Assembly: GCA_041686855.1 (NCBI GenBank)
Contig: JAWLDA010000001.1
Span: 111,700-175,699 of the forward strand
Reading direction: 5' to 3'
From: Limnochordia bacterium
Lineage (GTDB): Bacteria > Bacillota > Limnochordia > DTU080 > RSA5
DNA length: 64,000 bases
The position numbers and the translations under genes are program-made. Positions 29,497 through 38,843 of this stretch are shown in pieces (position 1 is the stretch's first letter; every line of letters begins with the position of its first letter). The notes beneath the pieces are model-generated. The model did not search any database, had not been told where the DNA came from, and worked only from the letters and a program-made list of their open reading frames with translations.

Positions 29497-30527
29497 TGAA
29501 ATGCGTTGTAGTGGGCTGCGGAGGCATCGGGAGGGCGCATGCACGTGCTCTACAAAAACTGGGCGTGGAGATTGCGGCGGGGGTTGATCTGCACGCGCCC
29601 ACTCTGGACTCGTTCTGTGAGAGCTTTGGGACCAAGGGCTTTGGGAGTGTCGAAGCGTGTATAGCGAAGTTGGGAGGGAGCCTGGACTTCGCGACGATCG
29701 CGTCCACGCCGGCCGCTCATTACCCGTTGGCAAAGGAGCTCCTCTTGGCCGACGTCCCAGTGATGGTAGAGAAACCGTTAAGCATGAACGTCGCTGAAGC
29801 GAACGAGTTGGCACAGTTGGCGACGGAGCGTGGGTTGCACCTCGGCGTCGGATTCAAGATGCGTTTTGAGCCTATTTTCTTAAAGGCGCGAGAGCTCGTC
29901 GGGAGACTCGGGCCCCTGCGTGGCGTGACCAGCTTCAAGCTGCAGCCCCGTCCGAAGAAACCCGTGAATGATTGGATTCCCGACGTTGGCGCTATGTATG
30001 AACTCTCCGTGCACGAATTCGACTTGATTCATTGGATTTGTGGAATTAAGCCTCGGCGCGTCATCGCTAAACTCGAATACCCGTCCGGGTGGTTGCGTGA
30101 GTCCGCGTTTGCAGCAATCGTCGAGTATAACGGTGATGTGCTCGGGAATTTGGCCGGTCGTTTTACTGACGAGTCCACGTTTTTATATCGTGACCTAACC
30201 ATCATCATTTCAGGTGAACGCGGCTATATGCGGATTGAGCGGCCCGATCGCATCGACCTTCACGTAGACGGATACACCAGCATCAAGATTGAGAATACGG
30301 TCGACGCGTTTGTCGCAGAGTTTCGAGCGTTTACGGATTCCCTAAGAAGTCACCCCTCCGGGTTGCTGAGCGCCGACGGATACGCTGGTGTATGGACCAC
30401 AGCGTTGACTGAGGCAGCCGTTTTGTCTGATCGGCGAGCTGCGCCTGTAGAGATCGTCGAACGGGCAGACGGTGGCGCTGAATTGAGTGTAGGGAGAATT
30501 GACGATCACTTATCATCTATAGGATAA
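29496..30527 (+). CDS. Gfo/Idh/MocA family oxidoreductase
   Basis: MKCVVVGCGGIGRAHA Rossmann motif. VEKPLS motif. TAATGA stop/start overlap with the preceding TIM-barrel gene. Confidence 0.85.
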   Translation: MKCVVVGCGGIGRAHARALQKLGVEIAAGVDLHAPTLDSFCESFGTKGFGSVEACIAKLGGSLDFATIASTPAAHYPLAKELLLADVPVMVEKPLSMNVAEANELAQLATERGLHLGVGFKMRFEPIFLKARELVGRLGPLRGVTSFKLQPRPKKPVNDWIPDVGAMYELSVHEFDLIHWICGIKPRRVIAKLEYPSGWLRESAFAAIVEYNGDVLGNLAGRFTDESTFLYRDLTIIISGERGYMRIERPDRIDLHVDGYTSIKIENTVDAFVAEFRAFTDSLRSHPSGLLSADGYAGVWTTALTEAAVLSDRRAAPVEIVERADGGAELSVGRIDDHLSSIG

Positions 30528-31249
30528 TGTCCTATAATCCGTACGTCGTCGTCGAAACGAGGCCTTCGTTGAGAGAGAAACGCACGTCCTCAAGTCAAAC
30601 GTCCCTCAGCCAACCCGCCTATCTGCGTGTGCGCGATCAGATTCGCGCGGAGATCCTCAGAGGTGACCTTCAGCCCGGAACTCGTCTCCTCGTCAGTGAG
30701 TTGGCTCGGAGGTACGGTGTAAGCCAGATGCCGGTTCGAGACGCTCTGCAACTCTTGCAGGGCGAGGGGATCGTCACGAACGTCCCTCACCAGGGGGCGC
30801 GAGTTCGCGATATAAACGAGCAGTTCATCGCCAACATGTATGATGTGCTTCTCCTCATGACGGAGTATTTGGTGGAGCGAGCGGCTCGAGTGATTCAACC
30901 CCATGATATCGAGGAGCTCGAAGCGATCCAAAAAGAGATAGAGAGAGCGGCGACGAGCGCCGACATCGAACGGATCCTCGAGCTCAATCGAGAGTTCAAC
31001 GACAAGATTCACTCACTGGCGGGGAATCCCGAAGCCATGCGCATTGTGAGTCAGTATCGCGGGCTCAGAGATGCACTCCGTTACACGCTCGGATTCTCGC
31101 GCTCACGCCTTGAGGCGATGTGCCGAGACCATCGGCGGCTAATTGCGGCGCTCGCATCGCAAGACGCAGCGAAGGCGGTAGAAATCGCCCGGCAGCACTC
31201 CCAAGAAGCCCAACACGACCTCATGACCCATCTAAAAACGAAGCATTAA
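30527..31249 (+). CDS. GntR family transcriptional regulator (FadR/FCD subfamily)
   Basis: wHTH LVSELARRYGVSQMPVRDALQLLQGEGIV. C-terminal all-helical FCD-like domain. Confidence 0.85.
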   Translation: MSYNPYVVVETRPSLREKRTSSSQTSLSQPAYLRVRDQIRAEILRGDLQPGTRLLVSELARRYGVSQMPVRDALQLLQGEGIVTNVPHQGARVRDINEQFIANMYDVLLLMTEYLVERAARVIQPHDIEELEAIQKEIERAATSADIERILELNREFNDKIHSLAGNPEAMRIVSQYRGLRDALRYTLGFSRSRLEAMCRDHRRLIAALASQDAAKAVEIARQHSQEAQHDLMTHLKTKH

Positions 31250-31361
31250 CGTCGTCGAACTCTGAAAGTTTGCAGGAATGTCGGCTCGGGCTTCAAAGAT
31301 TATAAAATATAAATCCGTCGATACATGATGGACCGCAACTCGACTGAAAAGGGGAACACAA

Positions 31362-32750
31362 ATGAGCGATCGATACTCACAGTTGCTCGCAAACTACGCC
31401 GCCAATGTACAGAACGTTCCGGAAAATAGCCGTCACGAAGCGAAACGACGCTTGCTCGACACGCTCGGGGTGATGTACGCCGCTTCGGGCGAGGAGACTG
31501 TTGCCAAGTTTGCCGGATACGCGAAGCAGTTTCGATTTGATAACGGCGCCCGCGTGCTGGGCCTCCCGCACCGCGTGGCGCCCGAGATCGCGGCCTTCGT
31601 CAACGGTATGATGGCTCGTTACCTAGATTACAACGATACATACCTCTCGCTCGAACCGCTGCATCCCAGCGATATGATCCCTGGGCTCCTGGCGCTCGCG
31701 GAATGGAGGCAGGTCGACGGTAGGAGCTTGTTGGACGCCATAGCCGTCGCGTACGAGGTGAGCGTCACGTTGTGCGACGCTGCCAGCCTTCGCAAGCACG
31801 GCTGGGATCACGTCAACTATATCGGCATCGGTACGGCGTGCGGCGCGTCTCGCCTGCTCCACTTGAGCGCGGAGCAGACCGAGCACGCGATCTCGATCGC
31901 TGCACTCCCGCATGCGTCGGCCCGTCAAACCCGTGCAGGAGAACTCTCCAATTGGAAGGGAGCGGCCGCTGCCAACTCCGTGCGCAACGGTGTATTTGCC
32001 ACCTTGCTAGCGGAGCAGGGAGTCACCGGTCCGTTTCAACCGTTCGAAGGTGAGATGGCCTTTTTCAAGCAGCTGCTCAATGGCGAGCGTTTTGACGACA
32101 CAGTCCTTGAGCCTCTGGAGGCGCTGCAGCCACCGACCCGGATTCTCGACACGTACATCAAGTTGTACCCGGTGGAGTACCACGCGCAAAGCGCGGTGGA
32201 CATTGCGTTGGACCTCCGCAATGAACTCGGCGCCGAGGGGCTGAAGCACATCGAACATATCGCGATCGACACGTTTCGTGTGGCCTACGAGATCATCGCT
32301 AAAGATCCCGAAAAGTGGCGCCCAACGACTCGCGAAACCGCCGACCACAGCCTCCCTTACATCACGGCAGTCGCTCTGCTTGACGGGACGGTGACGCAGC
32401 GATCGTTCGATTCGGATCGTCTCTCGCACCCCATGATTCGGGAGTGGTTGGGAGAGAGAATGAGTCTCGAGGAGAAAGCGGAGCTCTCTGCGGGGTATCC
32501 GGAGGGGATTCCCAACCGAATTGCAATTCGAACCTCCGACGGGAAATGTATCGAGCGCACCGTCGCGTACCCAAGGGGGCACGCCAAAAACCCCATGACC
32601 GACGATGAAGTGACCGCCAAGTTTCGACAAAACGTCGAGGGTCGATTGCAACCGGAGGAGGCGGAGGCTCTTATTGCCGCCGTCTTGCAGTTTGACACGA
32701 GGACAGATATGGGGGCCTTCACGGATTTGTGGAAAGGAGTCAACCATTGA
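31362..32750 (+). CDS. prpD: MmgE/PrpD family protein (2-methylcitrate dehydratase-like)
   Basis: 462 aa. Family-typical segments (LDTLGVMYAA, HPSD, AALPHASARQTR). Context with a citrate synthase and a methylisocitrate lyase. Confidence 0.85.
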   Translation: MSDRYSQLLANYAANVQNVPENSRHEAKRRLLDTLGVMYAASGEETVAKFAGYAKQFRFDNGARVLGLPHRVAPEIAAFVNGMMARYLDYNDTYLSLEPLHPSDMIPGLLALAEWRQVDGRSLLDAIAVAYEVSVTLCDAASLRKHGWDHVNYIGIGTACGASRLLHLSAEQTEHAISIAALPHASARQTRAGELSNWKGAAAANSVRNGVFATLLAEQGVTGPFQPFEGEMAFFKQLLNGERFDDTVLEPLEALQPPTRILDTYIKLYPVEYHAQSAVDIALDLRNELGAEGLKHIEHIAIDTFRVAYEIIAKDPEKWRPTTRETADHSLPYITAVALLDGTVTQRSFDSDRLSHPMIREWLGERMSLEEKAELSAGYPEGIPNRIAIRTSDGKCIERTVAYPRGHAKNPMTDDEVTAKFRQNVEGRLQPEEAEALIAAVLQFDTRTDMGAFTDLWKGVNH

Positions 32751-33892
32751 AACCCGAGGAGACCGTCAACACAGGCTTAGATGGCGTTGTCGCGACGAGT
32801 ACCTCCGTCTCCTGTCTTGATACCGTCGCTGAGCAGATCGTGGTCCGTGGCTACGATCTGATTGACCTAGCCACACACGCTCAATACCTCGACGTAGCTC
32901 ACTTGTTACTGTTTGGTTCGCTACCGACGGCTCACGAACGAAACGGGTTTGCCGAACAGATTTGGAACGAGATGTCGCTGCCTGAAGAGGTCGAAACGCT
33001 CCTGGGATTGGTGCCGCCCCCAATGGCGCCGATGGATGTGTTGCGCACGGCGCTCTCGTTCTTGGCCGGATTCGATCCTGTTTTGCGTGAGAATACTGAG
33101 CCTGCCAATCGGGAGAAAGCCGTACGGTTGCTGGCCAAACTGCCCCTCGTGGTCGCGCACGGATACCGTTTGCAGCACGGGCTGCCGACGGTGGCGCTCG
33201 ACCGCGGCATCGGTTACGCCGCCAACTTCCTGAGGTTGATGACAGGCGAGACACCTTCGTCCGAGGCTGCCGCGCTCTTTGATATGACGCTCTCGTGCTA
33301 CAGTGAGCACGAGTTGCCCAACTCGACATTCACCGCCCGGGTGATCGCCTCGACGTTGAGCGACCTCTACGGTGCGATGGTCGGAGCGGTGGCGTCTCTC
33401 AAGGGTCCATTACATGGCGGCGCCAATGAGGCGGCGGCCGACATGCTCGTTGCAATTGGGGACCCGAGCAAGGCGCGGGCGTACGTCCTTGATAAGCTCG
33501 GTCGCAAAGAGCGGATCATGGGATTTGGTCATCGGGTGTACATGCGTCGAATCGATCCACGGGCGGCCCTGCTGGAAGGGCACATCGAACCGCTGGCCCA
33601 GTCGGTCCCCGGAGGCGTGGAGCTCCTCGAGACGTATCGCATCGTGGCGCAGACGATGCGCGATGAAAAGGGGTTGCACCCTAACGCCGACTTCCCAATC
33701 GGACTCATCTACCATCTCCTAGGGATCCCGCGACCGCTCTACACGCCAATCTTCTTTGTCGCACGTGCCGCCGGGCTTGGCGCTCACGTGATCGAGCAAC
33801 ACGCACAAAACCGGCTCTACCGTCCTCGGGCCCAATACGAGGGTCCCCGAGGTCTCTCGGTGGTGCCTGCGTCGGAGGGGAACGCCCAGTGA
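32747..33892 (+). CDS. prpC: citrate synthase family protein (2-methylcitrate synthase)
   Basis: GFGHRVY motif and HPNADFPIGLIY segment. TTG start with AAGGAG 8 bp upstream, overlapping the prpD stop. Confidence 0.8.
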   Translation: MKPEETVNTGLDGVVATSTSVSCLDTVAEQIVVRGYDLIDLATHAQYLDVAHLLLFGSLPTAHERNGFAEQIWNEMSLPEEVETLLGLVPPPMAPMDVLRTALSFLAGFDPVLRENTEPANREKAVRLLAKLPLVVAHGYRLQHGLPTVALDRGIGYAANFLRLMTGETPSSEAAALFDMTLSCYSEHELPNSTFTARVIASTLSDLYGAMVGAVASLKGPLHGGANEAAADMLVAIGDPSKARAYVLDKLGRKERIMGFGHRVYMRRIDPRAALLEGHIEPLAQSVPGGVELLETYRIVAQTMRDEKGLHPNADFPIGLIYHLLGIPRPLYTPIFFVARAAGLGAHVIEQHAQNRLYRPRAQYEGPRGLSVVPASEGNAQ

Positions 33893-34782
33893 GCACCACA
33901 TCCGGACGTCTACGTGAACTACTCTTAGGCTCCAAAACACTTCTCGTACCGGGGTGTTACGACGCGCTGGGCGCCCGCATTCTGGAGAAAGCGGGCTTTC
34001 AGGCGATCTACATGAGCGGCTCTGCGGTGACGGCAAGCCTCCTGGGCTACCCCGACCTTGGACTCCTGAGTTTCCAGGAGATGGTGGATCAAGCCCGTCG
34101 CATCGCACTGGCTGTCGATGTTCCTGTTATCTCAGACGCCGACACCGGGTATGGGAACGCCGTCAATGTATGGCGCACGGTGCGAGAATTCGAGGCGGCC
34201 GGAGTCGCCGGGATTCACCTTGAGGATCAGGAGCTGCCCAAGCGGTGTGGTCACTTTGAAGGGAAACGACTCGTCGATGAGGCGGAGATGGCTAAAAAGC
34301 TGGAAGCGGCTTTGGCTGCTCGAAGGAGTGACGACTTCGTCGTCATCGCACGCACGGATGCCCGAGCCGTCGAGGGAATGGAGGGAGCGCTTCGACGGGC
34401 GAAACTCTACAGGTCGGTGGGAGTCGACATGCTCTTTGTCGAAGCGCTTGTCAGCGTCGATGAGATGAAGCAGCTCAACGAAGCCTTTGAGGGATTCCCA
34501 CTTCTGGTGAACGTGGTGGAAGGAGGGAAGACCCCGCAACTCCCGTTTGAGACGTACGAGCGTCTCGGTTACCGGGTGGTCTTGTATCCGACCGCGAGCG
34601 TGCGCGCCGTGATGAAGAGCTTTCAGGAGCTGGCCAGGGAGCTCGCGACCCATCGGACGACGGCGGGCTCGCTGGAGCGCTTGGTCGCATTCGACGAACG
34701 GAATCAGATCACGGGGCTCGCTGCCTTCGAGGCGTGGGAGCGCCGATTTGCTGTTGAGGAGACCGGAGATGGAACGCAGTGA
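33889..34782 (+). CDS. prpB: isocitrate lyase/PEP mutase family (2-methylisocitrate lyase)
   Basis: KRCGH motif and ISDADTGYG motif. ATGA-type overlap with prpC. Confidence 0.8.
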   Translation: MSTTSGRLRELLLGSKTLLVPGCYDALGARILEKAGFQAIYMSGSAVTASLLGYPDLGLLSFQEMVDQARRIALAVDVPVISDADTGYGNAVNVWRTVREFEAAGVAGIHLEDQELPKRCGHFEGKRLVDEAEMAKKLEAALAARRSDDFVVIARTDARAVEGMEGALRRAKLYRSVGVDMLFVEALVSVDEMKQLNEAFEGFPLLVNVVEGGKTPQLPFETYERLGYRVVLYPTASVRAVMKSFQELARELATHRTTAGSLERLVAFDERNQITGLAAFEAWERRFAVEETGDGTQ

Positions 34783-35578
34783 AGAGGGGCACATTGGCCT
34801 CCAACAGGAAGCGCACGTAGCGACGATTACGATTCACCGTCCCCACGTGCGCAATGCGATGAATCGCGCCATGTGGGTCGAGATACGTCGGGCGTTTGAG
34901 TCGGTGAGTCGGGAAGAGAGCGATGTTCGGGTCTTGGTAGTAAAGGGAGCTGCCGGGAATTTCTGCGCTGGGTCGGATATCAAAGAGATGCAGGGGCGAA
35001 CGACCCAGGATGCAGAAAGCACGTTTCGCCTCGTCGAAGAGGCGCTCGAAGCGCTCGAAAAGGTACCGGTGCCCGTGATTGGGGCGCTCTCGGGGGTCGC
35101 AGCGGGGGGAGGCTGTGAGTTGCTGCTCGCCAGTGACCTCCGTGTCGCCGCTGCCTCGGCTAGGATCGGTATGCCCGTAGCACGGTTGGGAATCACGGTG
35201 AGCCCGGCCTTTATTCGCAGATTGGTGCGTGCAGTCGGGGAGTCGAGGGCTGGGGACCTCCTCATGAGCGGGCGCCTTATCGGCGCGGAAGAGGCGTACA
35301 CGTGGGGATTGGCCCACTACCTTGTCGCTGATGGTGCGGCCGAGGAGACGGCGAATGAGCTCGCTCTCCGGATTGCAACGTACTCACCCGCCTCGCTGAG
35401 ACATAGCAAGCGCTTGTTGCGCGGTCTTGCCCAACTCGGCGATGGAACCGAGTCGCATCCAGTCGGCTCCCCCCCAAACGAAGCACATGCGTTGGACGCC
35501 CACCGCTTTCTCGGCAACCCCGAGGAGTTTTGGGAAGGAGTCTCTGCGTTTATAGAAAAACGTGAGCCCAACTTCTAA
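34769..35578 (+). CDS. enoyl-CoA hydratase/isomerase (crotonase) family protein
   Basis: VVKGAAGNFCAGSDI and GGGCELLLASD motifs. GAGGAG 7 bp before internal Met. Overlaps the prpB end. Confidence 0.8.
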   Translation: MERSEEGHIGLQQEAHVATITIHRPHVRNAMNRAMWVEIRRAFESVSREESDVRVLVVKGAAGNFCAGSDIKEMQGRTTQDAESTFRLVEEALEALEKVPVPVIGALSGVAAGGGCELLLASDLRVAAASARIGMPVARLGITVSPAFIRRLVRAVGESRAGDLLMSGRLIGAEEAYTWGLAHYLVADGAAEETANELALRIATYSPASLRHSKRLLRGLAQLGDGTESHPVGSPPNEAHALDAHRFLGNPEEFWEGVSAFIEKREPNF

Positions 35579-35700
35579 TCCTGTAACCCGTTGTCGCCAC
35601 CTTGGAAACCACCTGAGTCAACATACGGCTCAGCAGACGGGTCAACACATGGGTCAACACGCTGATTTCGCCCACTCACCAAAAGGAGCGTCGACCGCCA

Positions 35701-37644
35701 ATGAGCGTGCCCTACGATGAAAGGCTCTGGACCAAGCACGAGGATCCCATTGCCGATTCCCTCGAAAGACTACCCCACCTGCAGCTAAGGGAGTACCCGG
35801 AGCGGCTTGAAGCGTTTTGGGCGCTCTTCGAAGATGTGCAACTTGACGGCGTGGCCGTCTGCCCGAACCTGCGGATGCCGGCCCGCGATGGCGTCGGCCT
35901 TGGGTGTGACATCTACGTGCCGGCCCGCAGCGGTCTACCTCTACCGGGACCGTGGCCGGTCGTCTTGGAGCGTACACCCTATGGGAAAGACCGAGCCGGA
36001 CAGGTGATGACGGCTCGGCATCTCGTCAAGTCGGGATACGCCGTCATCATTCAAGACGTGCGCGGTCGATACGCCTCGGAAGGTCAATTTTACGCCTTCG
36101 GTGACGAGGGGCTTGATGGTTACGACACCATCGCGTGGATTCAGTCCCAACCGTGGTGCAACGGCAAAGTCGGCACAATGGGAATATCGTATGCCGGAGC
36201 GACACAGACGGCCGCCGCTGCAACGAATCCCCCCGGACTCGCCGCTCAGATTGTGACGCAAGGACCGTTTAACTATCACACGGGCTCGATGCGTCAAGGC
36301 GGGTGCCTGGAGCAGCGCTTTTACGCGTATGCGTTTCGCATGGCCAAAGAGAGTCGGGAGGCTATGGCGGACGCTGGATTGCGCAGCGCACTGGAGGCGA
36401 GTTTTGAGGACGTGGAGAGTTGGTTGCTGAGGGCGCCGATCCGCCCGGGAGCGACGCCGCTGGCCCGCATTCCTTCATATGAGGCGTGGGTGAAGGATCT
36501 GTACACACATGGGAGCTTCGACGAGTACTGGCAACGCCCGGGTTACACCGTCGAGCCGTTCCTCGACAACCATGCAGACGCACCGACCATCTTCTTGGGT
36601 AGCTGGTACGACAGTTATGCACGCAATACGTGCGATAGTTTTGTTGAGCTCTCCAAGCGAAAGAAAGGGCCGTTTAAGCTCATCATGGGTCCGTGGCTGC
36701 ACGGGAAGGTGAACACGGAGGTGAGCGGCGACGTCGGCTTTGGTTCTCACGCCGTCCTTGGATACGACACCCTTCACAAACGGTGGTACGATGCGGTGCT
36801 GAAAGGCGACGATGACGGAATCCTTTCGGAGCCGCCCGTGAAAATCTTTGTGATGGGCGGCGGGAGCGGTCGCAAACGCCTCGACGGCCACCTCGATCAC
36901 GGGGGACGCTGGCGATTTGAGAATGAATGGCCGCCGGCTCGGTCGGTGAACACGCCTTTTTACATCCACGCAGGCGGAAGGTTGAGCGTTGATCCACCGG
37001 CGATAGACCCGGAAGCGGTTGAAGCGAAGACGGTCTACGCGTTTGACCCTGAGCGTCCGGTCCCCACCATTGGGGGGTGTTTGTCGGCAGCGGACGATAT
37101 CATGCCGCCGGGAGGCTTTGATCAGACGGCGCATCTCGGGATGTTGGGCGCCGAGGACGAGCTCCCTCTTGCCGCTCGAGCAGACGTGCTCGTCTTCCAA
37201 ACCGACGTGTTGGAGCGAGACGTGGAAGTGACCGGTCCAATCCACGTTAAACTCTACGTTTCATCGGACGCGGTGGATACGGACTTCACGGCGAAGCTAA
37301 TCGACGTGTACCCGCCCAACCCCGACTACCCGCTGGGGTACGCGCTGAACATACAGGACGGCATTCAACGAATGCGCTATCGAGAGGATCGCAGCCGTGA
37401 GGTGTTCATGACACCGGGAGACGTTTACGAAGTGACAATCTCGTTGTATCCGACAAGCAACCTCTTTGTGGCCGGCCACAAGATTCGCCTCGACATCTCG
37501 AGCAGCAACTTTCCACGTTTTGACGTCAACCCCAACACCGGTGATCCGTTGGGCCAACATCGACGGTACCGAGTGGCGGAGAACACCGTGTGGCACGCAC
37601 AGGGAAGGGCGTCTCACGTGGTCCTGCCCATCGTACCTGCATAG
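35701..37644 (+). CDS. CocE/NonD family hydrolase (S15 X-Pro dipeptidyl-peptidase-like alpha/beta hydrolase)
   Basis: LERTPYGK...GYAVIIQDVRGRYASEG...GYDTIAWI...GKVGTMGISYAG motifs. C-terminal beta-sandwich domain. Confidence 0.8.
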   Translation: MSVPYDERLWTKHEDPIADSLERLPHLQLREYPERLEAFWALFEDVQLDGVAVCPNLRMPARDGVGLGCDIYVPARSGLPLPGPWPVVLERTPYGKDRAGQVMTARHLVKSGYAVIIQDVRGRYASEGQFYAFGDEGLDGYDTIAWIQSQPWCNGKVGTMGISYAGATQTAAAATNPPGLAAQIVTQGPFNYHTGSMRQGGCLEQRFYAYAFRMAKESREAMADAGLRSALEASFEDVESWLLRAPIRPGATPLARIPSYEAWVKDLYTHGSFDEYWQRPGYTVEPFLDNHADAPTIFLGSWYDSYARNTCDSFVELSKRKKGPFKLIMGPWLHGKVNTEVSGDVGFGSHAVLGYDTLHKRWYDAVLKGDDDGILSEPPVKIFVMGGGSGRKRLDGHLDHGGRWRFENEWPPARSVNTPFYIHAGGRLSVDPPAIDPEAVEAKTVYAFDPERPVPTIGGCLSAADDIMPPGGFDQTAHLGMLGAEDELPLAARADVLVFQTDVLERDVEVTGPIHVKLYVSSDAVDTDFTAKLIDVYPPNPDYPLGYALNIQDGIQRMRYREDRSREVFMTPGDVYEVTISLYPTSNLFVAGHKIRLDISSSNFPRFDVNPNTGDPLGQHRRYRVAENTVWHAQGRASHVVLPIVPA

Positions 37645-37679
37645 ATTGTGTCGTTGCGCGTTACGGTCAAGAGTCATAT

Positions 37680-37985
37680 CACCTGCAGGCCGACGTCCGG
37701 CCGCCAGCTGACGTCCGGCTGTAGGCGGACCTCTGGCCATAGACGGGACTCACGACGGCTGCAGACCGACTTTCGGCTGCAGGCGGGACTCACGACGGCT
37801 GCAGACTGACTTTCGGCCGCAGGCGGGACTCAGGGCGCCCGAAGACCATCTTTAGGCTACAGGCGGGACTCACGACGCCCGAAGACCATCTTGTGGCGGT
37901 AAGCTGTCAACTGGCTGCAGGCTGACGTCCATTCTTAGACGGGAGTCACGACGACTGCGAGCTGATTCGGTGGCAAGCGGCCTCC
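37680..37985. repeat. degenerate ~38-40 bp tandem repeat, ~5 copies, core RGRCGGGACTCACGACG
   Basis: Cores at ~37742, 37780, 37820, 37860 and 37938. The variable halves are pairwise similar. Not CRISPR-like: no uniform spacers. Confidence 0.7.
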
Positions 37986-37990
37986 GGCCA

Positions 37991-38760
37991 AGCAAGGTGC
38001 CGAAATGGCGACTGATGCCCTTCTTGCGGGGAGTGATTGCACAAGGACGAGGAATCGCCCCCCACCAGAAAGGCAACAACGCCGTGTTTGCCCCGATTTT
38101 CGCCGGATTGTCGTGTCTGGGCGCGACGTCAAACGGATGGCGTGCAGGTGTACGTGTAGGGCATGATCCAAACGGCCAGCTAGGAGCGCTGACCGTTTTC
38201 CACGGATGCGCGCCAATTTCAAGCAAGGTGCCGAAATGGCGGCTGATGCCCTTCTTACGGGGAGTGATTACACAAGGGCGAGGAATCGCCCCCCACCAGA
38301 AAGGCAACAACGCCGTTTTCGTCCCGATTTTCGTCGGATCTAACGTCTGGTCGCTACGTCAAACGGATGGCGTGCAGGTGGACGTACAGGGCATGATCCA
38401 AACGGCCAGCTAGGAGCGCTGACCGTTTTCCACGGATGCGCGCCAATTTCAAGCAAGGTGCCGAAATGGCGGCTGATACCCTTCTTGCGGGGAGTGATTG
38501 CACACGGACGAGGAATCGCCCCCCACCAGAAAGGCAACAACGCCGTTTTCGTCCCGATTTTCGCCGGATCGTGGCGTCCGGGCGCGACGTCAAACGGATG
38601 GCGTGCAGGTGGATGTGCAGGTGGACGTGTAGGGTATGATCCAAACGGCCAGCTAGGAGCGTTGGCCGATTTCCACGGATGTGCGTCGATTTTAAGCAAG
38701 GTGCCGAAATGGCGGCTGATGCCCTTCATGCAGGGAGTCATTGCTCATGAACGAGGAATC
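37991..38760. repeat. ~230-243 bp tandem repeat, 3.3 copies, ~95% identical, last copy degenerate
   Basis: Copies start at ~37991, 38222, 38452 and 38695 with AAGCAAGGTGCCGAAATGGCG. Each copy contains AAGGTG-N6-ATG plus a 35-57 codon Arg-rich ORF. Periods 231/230/243 are not all multiples of 3. Confidence 0.8.
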
Positions 38761-38843
38761 TTCTAATAGACCCAAAAGCACTGAGAGCGTGGATACTGGT
38801 TCAACTGTGAGTTCAAAGTCTTTACCTAGTGACCAGACGGAAC

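Noticed and set aside
37680-37985. Possible CRISPR array from the ~40-bp repeats
   Set aside because: The 'spacers' are pairwise duplicated and of unequal length. The repeat core is degenerate. No cas genes or leader are present.
37870-38766. Several 95-147-aa ORFs on both strands running through the 235-bp tandem repeats (e.g. 37870-38310 -, 37970-38413 +, 38340-38741 -, 38458-38766 +)
   Set aside because: The repeat period is 230/231/243 bp, so the same DNA is read in different frames in successive copies. A real repeat-protein gene would keep frame. Only the short SD-preceded ORF at the head of each unit is internally consistent.
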